Shown here: positions 47,098 through 59,489 of the stretch, in pieces | Numbering within the stretch: position 1 is the stretch's first letter | How the letters are laid out: each line of letters begins with the position of its first letter | Origin: Felis catus | Taxonomy: Eukaryota | Direction: 5' to 3' | Assembly: GCF_018350175.1 (NCBI RefSeq) | Contig: NC_058368.1 | Location: forward strand, 6,882,001-6,946,000 | Length of the DNA: 64,000 nt | The notes under the pieces: generated by a model | Told to the model about the DNA's origin: nothing | Seen by the model: the letters and a program-made list of their open reading frames with translations, nothing else | Databases searched by the model: none | Program-made: the position numbers and the translations under genes

Positions 47098-47163
47098 TGT
47101 TCTTAACATTTTGGTGTGTTTCTTTCCAGTCATTTTTGCTGCAAGTAGAAAAACGTTGCTTTT

Positions 47164-47391
47164 GGGGCGCCTGGGTGGCTCAGTCGGTTAAACGTCCGAC
47201 TTCAGCTCAGGTCATGATCTCACGGTTCGTGGGTTCGAGCCCCGCGTCGGGCTCTGTGCTGACAGCTTGGAGCCTGGAGCTGGCTTCGGATTCTGTGTCT
47301 CCCTCTCTCTCTGCCCCTCCCCCACTCACACTCTGTGTCTCTCCTTTTCAAAAATAAGTAAACATTTTTAAAAAATTAAAAAAAAAAAAAA
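47164..47391 (+). mobile_element. CAN-SINE
   Basis: Near-consensus; GTTGCTT flanking duplication. Confidence 0.94.
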
Positions 47392-47914
47392 GGTTGCTTC
47401 GGAGTACTAAATTTCACACTGGTGCTGAGGATGGGTGGGCTTACCCAAGGAAAACGTTTTGTTTTCCATATTAAGCAGGGTGGCCTTTGTTCTGCCTTTC
47501 CTCACAGATGACTCTCTTTTTTCCCCACCTTTTGTTCTCGCCCTTTGCCCACCAAACCCACAGTTCTGATCTGTGACCCTAATTGGAGTCTTTACTCCCA
47601 TCTCTGGTCCCAACATCATGTCCCAGATCAGGATCTCAGAGTCCTATCCCCCTTTGTATCCATTCACCTCACTGCCTTGACTCAAAACCAAGTTCCTGGG
47701 CCACATCTGATCTTCACTATAATTTGTTTTCATTTATCAGCATTTCCCCCACGACATTAAAGAGCCTTTGTGAATTAAAGTTGAATAGTTGCATATTATT
47801 CTCATCTTAAACATTCTCCTCATATTGACCTGATGTTAGTTTTGTTTATGAATTATGAATAACTCCGTAATGAATATGTTTGCAAACAATCTTTACCCAT
47901 ATATCAGATTACTT

Positions 47915-48133
47915 TCTTTTTGTTAATTTTTTTAAGTTTATTTATTTATTTTGAGAGAGAGAGAGAGAACACAAGTGGGTCAAGGGCAGAGAGAAGGAGA
48001 GAAAGAATCTCAAGCAGGCTCCACGCCATCAATGCAGGGCCCAATGTGTTAACCAGGTCTCAGACTCAGAAACTGGGAGATCATGACCTGAGCTGAGATC
48101 AAGAGTCGACTGCTTAACCGAATGCCCTCCCCA
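47915..48133 (-). mobile_element. CAN-SINE
   Basis: ATCAGATTACTTTCTTT flanking duplication. Confidence 0.9.
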
Positions 48134-48937
48134 ATCAGATTACTTTCTTTCTTAAGTCAGACACATAGAAATAAATGTATTGACATAAAATATGGCCTAA
48201 AAACACCTGATACATACTGCTAACTTGATTTCTAGAGAGCGTGCAAACTTACCCTCCCACAGCAGAGCGTACTGGGTCTGTCTTGTTGACTGTTGCCAAC
48301 ACGGGTGTTATTGTTAACACAGAGAACAAAAAGGAATTTGGGAATAGAAAAAAGCTCTTGGTGTGGTCAAGAGCATCTATGAAAAATGTACAGCTAGCAT
48401 CATACTTAACAATGACAGGCCAAATGCTTTTCCCCAGGATCAGGAAAAAAGCAAGGATGTCCACTCCCACCACTTTTATTCAACAGTGTATTATTTTTAA
48501 TATTTACTAATAGGAGATATTTAAAACCTCTGTACTTTCACATTTGCATTTCTTTGTGAGAGTAACTTGTTTATTAGCAATTTGCATTTTCTCTTTTGTG
48601 AATTATGTGTCTGTAGTCTCTGCCCATTGGTATCCTAGGGCTTTTTAAGTTATTTCTGTAGGCTGCCTGTATTTTTGTCTTGAATATTTATTTCTACACA
48701 TCTTGTTGTTGGCTTTGGTTTGAATGCCATATTTTTGCTTTAGAGAAGTTTATGTCATTTTATTTTATTTTCTGTGAGCAGAACTACTGAGTCTGTCTCA
48801 TTTTAAATTGCATTTATGCTTAACCATTTCTTCTTTCTGTTGTTGTTACATAAATTAACACATTTACTATAGGCCAACCAGATGTCAAATGGCGGAGCTT
48901 CTACTGGTCTGGAAATTCCTTTAGGCTTTTGCTTTTG

Positions 48938-49114
48938 GAAAATTTTTTTATTTTAGAGAGAGAGCGTGCGAGAGGGGCAGAGGGAGAGAAATGTAAGCAG
49001 TTTCCATGCTCAGCATGAGCCCGATACGGAGCTCCTTCCCGTGACCCTGAGATCATAACTTGAGTCAAAATCAAGAGTCAGACACTCAACCGACTGAGCC
49101 ACCCAGGTGCCCCA
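48938..49114 (-). mobile_element. CAN-SINE nested in RPL37A pseudogene
   Basis: Reverse-complement SINE ending CCACCCAGGTGCCCC. Confidence 0.9.
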
Positions 49115-49121
49115 GTCTCCG

Positions 49122-49227
49122 ACTTTTTTTAATTTTCAGTAGGCCCCGTTGTCCAACATGGAGCTTGAACTCATGACCCTGAGATTAAGAGTCGCATGCT
49201 CTACTGACTGAGCCAAACAGGCATCCC
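49122..49227 (-). mobile_element. Short, old-type CAN-SINE (tRNA-Lys-like) nested in RPL37A pseudogene
   Basis: CTTGAACTCATGACCCTGAGATTAAGAGTCGCATGCTCTACTGACTGAGCC, lacking the (CT)n body. Confidence 0.8.
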
Positions 49228-49618
49228 TCAATTCCTTCAGTCTTTTGATGGCTGCCTTTACAGTGGCGGCAGAAGTGGTGTTGAGGGTCCAGGCACCACC
49301 GGCTGCTGTTTTCATGAGGGAACCACAACCCCACAGCTCATCCCTTCAACTTGGTTTTGCCACAGAAGGAGCAAGTGTATTTGGCACGCTGGCTTCTTTC
49401 ACTTTTCTTCACCATCTTCCCGAGGGAGGCACCATAACAGGGTGAGGGAGATCTTCTATTTACCGATGATTCCTAACATCTTGGCGTGTTTTACCAAGTT
49501 GCTGCAAACCAGGTCCCAGCCCAGAGAGTAACCTTTTTTTTTTTTTTTTTTTTTAAATAGTACTGCATGGTACTACAGTAATTACACTGCTTCTATGTTC
49601 AAGAACTAGTAGGTTAGT

Positions 49619-49845
49619 GGGGCGCCTGGGTGGCTCAGTCGGTTAACCATCCGACTTCTGCTCAGGTCACGATCTCCCGGTTTGTGGTTTCGAGCCCCGC
49701 GTCGGGCTCTGTGCTGACGGCTCGGAGCCTGGAGCCTGCTTCGGATTCTGTGTCTCCCCCTCTCTCTGTCCCTCCCATGCTCATGTTCCGTCTCTCTCTG
49801 TCTCTCAATAATAAACAAACATTTAAAAAAATTAAAAAAAAAAAA
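49619..49845 (+). mobile_element. CAN-SINE
   Basis: Near-consensus, poly-A tail. Confidence 0.94.
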
Positions 49846-51014
49846 GTGGGCTAGTACACAGCCCTGTGATTTCAACAACCAATTTTGCTATGAAAAGTAG
49901 TTCTTGTATCTTGCAATTGGTGTTATTTGTTTCATTAGGGTGCATCAACAGGGGAAAAAATGGCTCAGAGAATCCAATTTGCAATATTGGCTCCAAGTTA
50001 TAATGTGCAGGGTTTATACTCAATTCTGGGTCATGTTTTCATCTATAAGACTCAATTAAAAGGATAGCGAGGTTCATATCAAAAATCATATAGTAGCTAA
50101 AGAGTATCATTTTATCTTGTCTGAACCAACGCAATAGAGCCAAAATCTTTAAACAATTATATAGGTGCATAAAATTTTATGATAGAACTTCACAGGGAAA
50201 AATACTTTAATGTGAATCGAAATTCACCTAACTATTCAAAATGGAAGTGGAGAAGTGTTTCCTCCTATTCGAGAATAGCTACAGAGTAAGGAGAACAAAT
50301 AAGTTATTTTCGTGTACCACCAATCGATAGAGTCTTCTGAGTGTACGGAGTATTGAATTTTCCAAAGGTTGCTACTCTACAAAGGGATAATTATTTAAAT
50401 GTTAGTCTGCTTGTAAAAGTGACACTGAAGAATCTTTTATTTTACTTTATTTGTGGCTTAACTCATATAGAGTCCCTCCAGGTTAACACCTGCCAAATTA
50501 CTGTATTTTTACCCTACCTCGTATTCTCTTGTTTGATAATGAGTTGGATGTGAGTCACTAAGACAAGATGTACCTCGGAGTAACTATCTTCCAGAATTAT
50601 TATAAGCATATGATGAATAAGATGTTTATGATACCAAAATTCTCAGCATAAAACAAAGGGAAAATTCAGATGAAGCAATTTAGAAGAATAATTTTGAGAA
50701 AAGTACCAAAAGGAGTCCTGGATTACTGAACTTCAAAAGGAATTCATCAGTCACCATTTCAAAACACATCAGAGGAGAGAGAAGAAAATGGCACCAAACA
50801 GCACAGCTGCAAGGTGTCCTGGACCTGCAAAGGACCCTGGCTGCTTCGCTGGCTCTGCTTCCCCCGTGTTCGGTACAGTTCAGCCTTTCTAGAATGTGCT
50901 TTCTGCACCAGCACAGTGCCCGCTCGTAGCAGGCACAAAGCGGATGATCGCTATGATGAACACCTTTTGGTAGGTCCTTGGGGAACAGAATCCACCTGAA
51001 AAAGGTGTACCGAG

Positions 51015-51225
51015 GGGGTAGGCTCTGGGGCCAGACTGTCCAGATGCAGATTCCAGATCTGTAATTTACCCACCGTGTGACCTTGAACACGGTTGCCTAA
51101 CTTCTGAGTGGCAGTTTACTCTGATCGGAAATGAAAAGAATCATATGCTTTGTGTCAAGATTAAATGAAACAAAGCATAAAGAAAGAACTGGTGTACAGG
51201 GAGCATTTGGTATACTTGAGCTATT
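51015..51225 (+). mobile_element. MIR
   Basis: GGCTCTGGGGCCAGACTG...TGTGACCTTGAACA...AAGATTAAATGA. Confidence 0.65.
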
Positions 51226-51342
51226 CACACACAGAGGAAGGAAAAGCATGACCCACTAGATATTTCCTATCTGGATCAGCCTATGCGAGTAAAACAAAGC
51301 CAAACGAAGTATATACAAACACATTCTCAGGGCTATTGAGTC

Positions 51343-52050
51343 TGTCAGGATTAGGATTTGCTGCATATATATTCAAACCAGCAGTTTGGAAAAATAGAAA
51401 TTAATTTCTATAAATTTCTATAAAAAATAAACCAGAAAGTAGGACCAGCCCAGGGCTGGTCTAATGGAGTCACCATTAGCTGGATCCAAGTTCCTTTTCT
51501 TGCACTGCTTCTGCCTCCTTAGTGAGCCGCCTCTTGGTTCTGGAAGGTAGCTTGACTGCCGTGATCTCCTTGTCCAAGCAGTGGAAAGGAGAAGGGGGGT
51601 GGGGGGCCGTTCTGCCCTAACCCTTTAGAACTATTTGCCAGTAGCTGCATCCAACACTTCCACGAACACTCCACTGGCCAGAACTTGGTCTCAGAATCAC
51701 ATCCAGCTATAAGGAAGGCTAGGAACGGGGCACCTGGGCGGCTCAGTTGGTTAAGCGTCCAACGTCAGCCCGGGTCATGATCTCGCAGTTCGTGGGCTCG
51801 AGCGTCGCGTCGGCCGGGCTCTGTGCTGACAGCTCAGAGCCTGGAGCCTGCTTTGGATTCTGTCTCCCTCTCTCTCTCTGCCCTCCCCGACTCACACTCT
51901 GTCTCTCTCTGACTCTCAAAATTGAATACATGTTAAAATAATAATAATAAAAAGGAAGGCTAGGAAGTAGTCTTTACTCTGAGTGGCCTTGTGCCCAGCC
52001 AATAATTAGGGGTTCTAGTACAACAAAGGAAAGAATGGACATTAGGGAGG
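51343..52050 (-). mobile_element. Old MaLR LTR (MLT1J/K-like), interrupted by a SINE
   Basis: TGTCAGGATTAGG...CCAGGGCTGGT...CACTGGCCAGAACTTGGTC...AAGGAAGGCTAGGAAGTAGTCTTTA. Confidence 0.6.
51727..51953 (+). mobile_element. CAN-SINE
   Basis: AAGGAAGGCTAGGAA flanking duplication. Confidence 0.93.
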
Positions 52051-53617
52051 AAAACAGTGTTCCTTACCACAGCCTGGTAGGTACTGACTCTGAGAGAGAA
52101 ACAGAATGATGATATTCAAGAGATATATCAAGAGATGATATTCAAGAGAATAAAGGCAACCCTAAGATTTATGTATTGGCTCGCTTATCTGCTAGGGCAC
52201 AATTGTCAACGGTTTGTCTTACTGCATTTTATGCTTTGGTCCTAAAACTCATAAAAAAGGATTATGTTCTCAGCCCTCCTAGAAATGCTCACCAGAGTAT
52301 CCTTCCCATTCTGCTCTCCTTGGCTTAAAAGAGAAGGAAAGCTCTTGGGAGGATTTCAAAGAAAAGCCACCAGAATGACTCACAGCTCCAAACAATAAGA
52401 CCTAGAACGGACTTTCAGGAACAGCAATGAGTCAGACAGAGAAAGAAATGGCTAGAAGGTGACTACATAATGATGTTCTGCTACAGAAAGGGTTCTGACG
52501 CAAAGGAGAAGGAGGAGGGGGGGGGGGGGAGGACAAGGAGGAAGGCCAGCTGTTCACCTCCACCAAGGACTGAGGAAGGAAAAGGGAGGCCGAAGTGACT
52601 TCAGGTGACAGGGATTAGACAGTGAACTCTCTGAAGGCTGAGATGTGCTCCTCTTGAGGGCAGGGACTGGGGATTGGAGGGGCAGGGCACAGGCAGGGGG
52701 CAGGTGGGCGACTTGAACAGCTACAGTTGGCTTCGTTTCCTGTGCCTCAGTTTCCCCCATGGAATACTACGGTTTCGAGTTCGGAAAACAAACGCTACGT
52801 TGACTTGAAAGTTAAGCTCTGGTTTCGCATGGGTGCAAAAGAGTAACAACTGTGCGGATGTCAGTGTGCTGCAGAATAATCCTAGGAGGAGAAAGGAATG
52901 GATTTTCTGTTTTCAGATAGCGTTTTTTTTTAGTTATACCAGGAATGTGATGGCAGTCCAGTCAAGACAGTACCAGAAGATGCATTTCACCCACGGCAAA
53001 CATTAAGCGATGCCAAACAAAATATACAAGGAGAAGAAGAAAGGGGAGGGGGTGCATGATTGAAAACCAAGGTAATCACTTTCAGCAGGGGGGAGGGGGC
53101 GGGGGGGGGCGGCCAGAAACAGAAAAGAACAGGAAGAGCAGAGGGAAGCAGAACCCGGGCCCTGGGTCTCAAAACAGGCAGTGGGGGCTGAGAATCTGGC
53201 TGGGGCACAAAACCTCCTTCCTCCTCCTCTCCCCCTCCAACTCCCACTCCCCAGGGGTGACTACTTTCCCTTTTGAGCTCTCCTGGTGGCTGCTCAGGAG
53301 ATGAGGCCCCTCAGCATGGGTGGGGGGGCATTCCTACCTCTGTCCCCTCCCCCTAGTTCTGTCGGAGTGTGCCATTGTTCTAACACTTTCGCTCTGTGCT
53401 GGAACCCTAACCAAGTCTTCTGCACTCTTGATTCAAGTTCGCTGTGAAGGCAAGTAATGGGACTGGACCCATAGAAAATGAAAAGTACCCTATGTCATTA
53501 CACGTGTGTCATGATTGAATAGAAAGTTTTCTAAATTCTACGTATGGGTCAGAATCATGTCCTGTTTTAGTTGGCTTCCTATTTGGATCATGGCTTTCTT
53601 TTTTGGGAGGGCAATGT

Positions 53618-53821
53618 ATTTTTTTTTTTTTTTTGAGAGAGACAGAGACAGAGCACAAGTAGGGGAGGGGCAGAGAGAGAGGGAGACACAGAATCCAAAG
53701 CAGGCTCCAGGCTCTGAGCTGTCAGCACAGAGCCCAACCTGGGGCTCGAACTCACAAACTGTCGGATCATGATCTGAGCCGAAGCCAGACACTTAGCCGA
53801 CTGAGCCACCCAGGCGCCCCC
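53618..53821 (-). mobile_element. CAN-SINE (tandem pair, first)
   Basis: Reverse-complement SINE. Confidence 0.93.
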
Positions 53822-53823
53822 TG

Positions 53824-54036
53824 TTTTTCTTTTTCAAAAAGTTTATGTATTTATTTTGAGAGAGTACACGCATGCAGGGGAGGGGCAGAGAGAGAGGGAG
53901 GCACAGAATCTGAAGCAGGCTCCAGGCTCTGAACTGTCAGCACAGAGCCCGACGCGGGGCTCGAACTCATGAACTGCGAGATCACGACCTGAGCCGAAGT
54001 CTGGCACTTAACTGATTGAGCCACTCAGGTGCCCCC
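53824..54036 (-). mobile_element. CAN-SINE (tandem pair, second)
   Basis: Reverse-complement SINE directly adjacent to the previous one. Confidence 0.93.
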
Positions 54037-54099
54037 GGATCATGATTTTCTTATAGAGCATTTGTTTCCCTCAAGGGAAGTTTCTTATCTCCGTGTGTG

Positions 54100-54101
<2 letters not shown>

Positions 54102-54143
<42 letters not shown>
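54102..54143. repeat. (TG)n microsatellite
   Basis: Directly visible. Confidence 0.95.
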
Positions 54144-54146
<3 letters not shown>

Positions 54147-54694
54147 TTGTAAGTAGTTATCGAAATGTCTTCATTTTATTGTTGACAACTTCCAGGTTCC
54201 TCAATACTCGGTGTGTGTAATGACATCTATTTTGTTTTTAAAGGTATTCTTTGCGGAGCCTGTTTACTCCCTCCTTTAATTTGAAATGACAGCTTTGCAG
54301 GCCCAGTCGCACAAATGACCCCCTGCGGTTTCTTTTCAATGATTTCCTGAGCTGGATTTGTGTCTCCCTCTTCTCAGGATTCCTTCTCAGCTTGGGAGGA
54401 ATACATCCTCAATTAATTGGTTTTTTTTTTTTTCCAGAAAGGGTATATGTAGACATAACCTTTGTGGGTGTTTACCGTTTTTATCTTATCCTCGCCATAC
54501 TTGTTTGACCGGATATGGAATTCTTGGTTGAAATAATTTTTCCTTATCAATTCAGAGTCTTTGCTTCACTGCCTTCTAGCAGACAATACTGCTTCAGATA
54601 TGTCTGGGGCCAATGTGGGACTCATTTCCACCTGAGAAACTTATTTTCTTTCCTTTCTGCAGAATCTTAGTATTTTTCTTTAAGTTGGCATTCT

Positions 54695-54893
54695 AGGGGC
54701 GCCTGCGGGGGGCAGGGGGCAGTTTCAGTCTGTTGACCTTCCGAGTCTTGATTTTGGCTCAGGTCGTGATCTCATGTTTCAGGAGATCAAGCCCTGGGTC
54801 AGGCTCTGGGCTGACAGTGCTGGTGCCTGCTTGGGATTCATTCTCTCTGTCTCTGTCTCGGTCTCTTTCAAAATAAAATAAACGTTGAAAAAA
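54695..54893 (+). mobile_element. CAN-SINE with G-expanded head
   Basis: TGGCATTCT flanking duplication. Confidence 0.88.
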
Positions 54894-55049
54894 GTAAAGC
54901 TGGCATTCTGAATGTTCCCCTGAATACATCTAAGTGTTGACTCAGACCGCCCTCTGCCCTCCCCAGAATGGGAGGTGGGCAAGAAGTTTCTTTCAATCCC
55001 AACACTACAGTTTTTCTACCACCTCAGGGGAATTATCTGCTGCTATGTC

Positions 55050-55262
55050 TTTTTTTTTTTTTTAACGTTATTTATTTTTGAAAGAGCGACAGAGCGAGTG
55101 GGGGAGGGGCAGAGAGAGGGGGAGACACAGAATCCGAAGCAGGCTCCGGGCTCGGGGTTGTCGGCACAGAGCCAGACGCGGGGCTCATGAGCGGGGCTCG
55201 AACTCCTGAGCCGTGAGATCATGACCTGAGCTGAAATCGGACGCTCAGCTGACTGAGCCGCT

Positions 55263-55263
<1 letters not shown>
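55050..55263 (-). mobile_element. CAN-SINE followed by G34 run (55264-55297)
   Basis: Reverse-complement SINE with an internal GCGGGGCTC duplication. Confidence 0.9.
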
Positions 55264-55299
<36 letters not shown>

Positions 55300-56317
55300 A
55301 CTGCTCTGTCTTTAAAAACTCGTTCCTCATTCACCATCTCTCCCCCGAGCTCCTCACAGATAGATGTCGGCTCCACGTTTAACCTTCCCTCGTTAGGACT
55401 CCATAATTTGGAGCACCTCTCTGCCCATCTCTTCCAGATCCACGTTCGATCGTTTGCTTCATTCAGTTCTTTTCTTCTCAGTTTTCATTTTGGTGATCCT
55501 GCTTTTAATTTCCGAGAGTTTTTCGCTTTCTGAGTGTTCTTTTTTCATGGCCATCTGTTTCTATTTTTTTCCTCAATAGATAGTATGTCTTTTTGGAGCT
55601 TAGATTAGAAAGTGTTCTCAAGTCCTATTTCTTGCCATTATCTGTCTCCCACTCTCTGAAACGACGTGTTCTGTTTGTGCAAATCGGTCTTTCACAGCAT
55701 GAATTTCTTCCAAATGCCTCATGATTTTGATGGACATGGCTGACGGACGATGGGATATATTGGCTTCTCTGGTCAACACACCTGAGTTTGCTTTGCAGAT
55801 GGGAAGGCCTGTTTACCCCAAAGGCCTCTCCTTCACCCCACTGCCACCCTCCACCCCCCACAGCCCAGGAGGAGAGCAGGAAGACTCTGGGTAAATGGGT
55901 GTGTCCTCCCCACAGACAGGATCCTCAGAATTGCCAGAATAAGGAAGAATCTCCCCCTGAGAGTGGAGTCTCCTGCCTGTGGCTTTCTGTGGAGGCCCTG
56001 AGTCTCTCAGCACCTGGCCTGCCTCAGTCCACAGCACCCCCCCCCCATTTTCCCTCACCCTGGTAGCTTTTACTCTGTTGGAGGAGGGGTGCACAGGGGT
56101 GCACCTGGGGCAAATGGTGCTACTCCAGATATGTAATGGAGGGGAGGGGCTGATTGAGCCATCCCGTAGATGGGTCCTTCAATCCATCACCCCTCCCCTC
56201 CCAACCTGCTGACTCCGTGTCTTGGAATTTCTACAGAGTTCTGCCAGGCAAAAGAGCCACCACTTTCATGGTGGCTTAGGGTTACCATTTTATTCTGCTA
56301 TAATCCTATCTACTTTC

Positions 56318-56535
56318 CTTTTTTTTTCCACGTTTTATTTTTGAGAAAGAGAGCACATGCGCACCCCCAAACTAGCCAGGGGAGGGGCAGAGAGAGGGGG
56401 CGGACAGAGGACCGGAAGGACGCTCTGCACTCACAGTAGAGAGCCCAGTGTGGGGCGGGAACTCACCAACTGCACGAGATCACGACCTGAGCCAAGGTTG
56501 GATGCATAACCAACTGAGCCACCCAGACACCCCCC
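56318..56535 (-). mobile_element. CAN-SINE
   Basis: ATCTACTTTC flanking duplication. Confidence 0.88.
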
Positions 56536-56934
56536 ATCTACTTTCTATGGTCTCTAAACTTCAAAATGTCTTGTCTGTGGATGGGGCTTTCTTGTTTGCA
56601 AGGCTCCCATGGTCATTCCACTGGTTTTCTGTCTCCTTTCCCGTTTCAGTGGGATCTGCTCAGCTCTGGGATTATAACTGGGAAGAAGGCAGACACAGTC
56701 CCTTCTCACATGGAGTTTATGTTCTTGAGCAGTGAGTAGTAGTAAGCAAGCAAGTACAGTGAACGGACCAATCTGGCATTAACACAGTAAGTCTTGCAGG
56801 AGGGATTCCCTAACCAGATTTACGGGTAAGAAAAGGCCTGGAAAGGAAAGGATGTCCCGGCTGAGATCTGAAGAATGGGCAGGTATTGTGGCAAAGGGAA
56901 CCAGCACCTATGCATGGCTTCTGCTGGAGATGCT

Positions 56935-57115
56935 TCTGCACATTATCTCCCGAATTCTCTCAGTAATCCAGTGAGAGAGGCATTATCGATACCAGTTGAG
57001 AAGTAAGGAAATTGACGATGCGGTTAAGTAACTTGCCCAAATCGCACAGCCAGTAAGTGGTGATGCTGGGATTTTAATCAGTTGGGATATCTCTAAGAGC
57101 TACATGCTTTTCTAC
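56935..57115 (-). mobile_element. MIR
   Basis: AATTCTCTCAGTAATCCAGTGAG...GGTTAAGTAACTTGCCCAA...CACAGCCAGTAAGTGG. Confidence 0.7.
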
Positions 57116-57144
57116 ATTAGGTGCCAATTTCTTTTCTAGCTTTT

Positions 57145-57470
57145 AAAAATTGTAAAAGACACATAATGTGAAATTCACCATCTTCACCATTTTTAATCTT
57201 ACAGTTCAGTGGCTGTAAGGACGTTCACACTCTGGTGCGGCTACTACCACCATTCATCTGCAGTACTCTTCATCTTGCAGAACTGAAACTCTATCCAGTA
57301 AACAACTCCCCACTCTCCCTCCTTCTAGCCCTGGCATTCACCGTCCTAACTTCCGTCTCTAGGAGTTTGACTACTCTAGGTAACTCATATCACCGGAATT
57401 GTGCAGCATTTGTCTTTTTGTGACTGGCTTATTTCACTCAGCATAATACTCTCAAGGTTCATCCATAGAT
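57145..57470 (-). mobile_element. L1 3' end fragment (L1MB-like)
   Basis: TTGTGACTGGCTTATTTCACTCAGCATAATACTCTCAAGGTTCATCCAT. Confidence 0.8.
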
Positions 57471-57864
57471 GCCAGTATCTTTTTAATACCCTGTACCTCC
57501 TGATAAGCTCTAAAAGGAAGAATGTGTCCCAGCCTGAGCTGAAAAGGGGAGGATTAGGTTGTGATAAAACTCGATTATTATTAGGAATACAGTTGAAGCT
57601 ATGATGAATCAGCAGAGGACCCTAGAATTTTCAAAACCTCAAATCCTGCACTAAGGAGCGTGCATACGATCTGTCTCCATTGTATATTAAATAGTCAGAA
57701 AGTACATCGTGTCCTGGCAATATAACTTCAATCAATGTGATCCAGAGAGCTTCCTGTCCAATGACATGACTCCTAAATTCTATGTCTGAGCAAGGGACCC
57801 TCCTTTAACATTGGATCAGGGTCCATTTATTCTTTCGCATACAAATGTGCCCTACATCATGTAC

Positions 57865-58075
57865 CAGTATGGTGAATGGTCGCCATGTGCAATTCCAGAC
57901 CCCATCTCCACCTTTTCCATTCTGCCTTGGGTCCTCCAGGCTGACCCATAGGGATGGATTTCAGTCGGATTTGGCTAATCGGAGGCACTAGCAGGAGATT
58001 GGGGAGTGGCTGGCATATTTATTATCCTGGCTCTCTCTCAGCAGCGTTCCTGTGAGTTGGCTGCTCCAAAGGCAA
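57865..58075. mobile_element. ERVL-class LTR fragment (LTR33-like)
   Basis: TTTGGCTAATCGGAGGCACTAGCAGGAGATT...ATATTTATTATCCTGGCTCTCTC. Confidence 0.45.
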
Positions 58076-58076
58076 C

Positions 58077-59489
58077 TTTCTGGCACCTGGTATGCAGCTA
58101 ATGACCTAGAAAATGCTTTCACTACTCCCCTTCTCTATCGGCAAAAATAATTAAAAGTGGTGTGCCTTCCTATGTCAGGGCCAACACTATATCTTAACTG
58201 TCTTGCCTCAGGGCTAAATCAAATCCTGCTGTCATAATTTAATCTAGAGGGATGTGTTTGTCTTGATGTTCTACAAAACATCACACTGGTCCATTACACT
58301 GATGGCATTATACTAATTGGATCCAAGAAGTGGGAGGCGATAAGCACCTTAGGCACATTGATAAAACACATGCATGCCAGGGAGTTGGGAGATAAACCCC
58401 CAGAAGTCCAGGGGCTGCTGAATCAGTGAGGTTCGTAGGGGAGCACTGGGGTACCACGTTGTTCCACAAGTGAGGCACAATTGTTGCACCGTGTTCCAAA
58501 TACTACACAGGAGACACAATGCTTCTTGGCTTTCTTTGGATTTTAGAGGCAACTTAAACCAGAGTTTGATGTGCTGCTCTGACCTAATTATTGGGTAGCT
58601 TACAACACCACCAGTTGTGAGTGGGCACAGGGTATGAAGAGGTTCTGCAACAAGTCCAGGCTTCCTTACAAGCAGTCTGACCCGCACACCCAATAGCATG
58701 GAAGAATCCGTGGCGAGCAGGGATGCTGTAGGGAGCCCCTGTCAAGACCCACTGAGACCCAAGTGAAGTCAACTGCTCACAACTATTTTCACTTGAAAAG
58801 CCGGTCCTGGACTGCCTGAGGTTCCCAACAGAGACTGAATATCTGACCCTGGGTCACAAATGACTATGTGAGTTAAACCGCCCACCGTGACCCCGGGCAC
58901 ACTCAGCGGGATTCATCGTAAAGTATAAATGATATATGTGAGACCAATCTCCAAGCAGATCTGGAAACCACAGACTTCCGGACCAGGTGGTTTAGGCTCC
59001 CGTGGTGCCTCTTCCTCCTGCTGCGCTGCCCCTCTCTCAACACACATCAATGGCCTTATGGGGAGTTCCCTGTAGCCACTTATAGAGGATGAAGAAGTGG
59101 GGGGGCCACATGTATTAATGGATGTACATGGTATGATGCAACCACACAGAAGTGATAAGTTGCCCAACTCTAGTCCCATTCAGGGATGGCCTGATAGAAA
59201 AGAGTGAAAAGCAATCTTCCCAGTGGGCAGAGCTTCAGGTATTACACCTGGTTTACTCTGTACGGAAGGAAAGGTAGTCTGAGGAATGACCCATCTGATT
59301 CCTGGGCCGTGGTTAACAGGTTCACCAGATTGTTCAGGGAGTTGAAAAAAAGTAAATTGCCTGTTTGGTGAGATGGCTGGGGCAGAGGTTTGTGGATGGA
59401 TTTTCGGAATGTGCGCGGAGTATAGAGATAAGTATATCCCCTGTAAATGCCCACCGCAGCATCTGCTGTGAAAAGAGTCTCTCAATAAT
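58077..59489 (+). mobile_element. ERVL endogenous retrovirus internal pol remnant (RT and RNase H), heavily decayed
   Basis: Degenerate translations: GTWYAANDLENAF; QGQHYILTVLPQG; TLVHYTDGIILIG (YxDD region); WEINPQK; SSQWAELQ; SDSWAVVNR. Confidence 0.85.

Larger units (their letters stand above)
48827..49528 (-). pseudogene. RPL37A: Processed pseudogene of ribosomal protein L37a (eL43), interrupted by two SINEs
   Basis: Minus strand: pyrimidine 5' leader CTCTCTGGGCT..., start codon mutated to TTG (49497). Translation [13 protein letters not shown]...[68 protein letters not shown] [SINEs] ...DQ* (TAG 48901-48903). Then an RPL37A-like 3' UTR, AGTAAA and a degenerate poly-A; intronless. Confidence 0.95.
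54230..55760 (-). mobile_element. Old L1 fragment (ORF1-region-like, antisense), interrupted by two SINEs
   Basis: GGATATGGAATTCTTGGTTGAAATAATTTTTCC...TTGCTTCACTGCCTTCTAGC is the antisense of an L1 ORF1 C-terminal region. Confidence 0.6.

Noticed and set aside
49122..49227. tRNA-Lys-like sequence as a tRNA gene (also applies to all SINE heads)
   Set aside because: It is a tRNA-derived SINE with a tail and target duplication, and it lacks an intact cloverleaf or acceptor stem.
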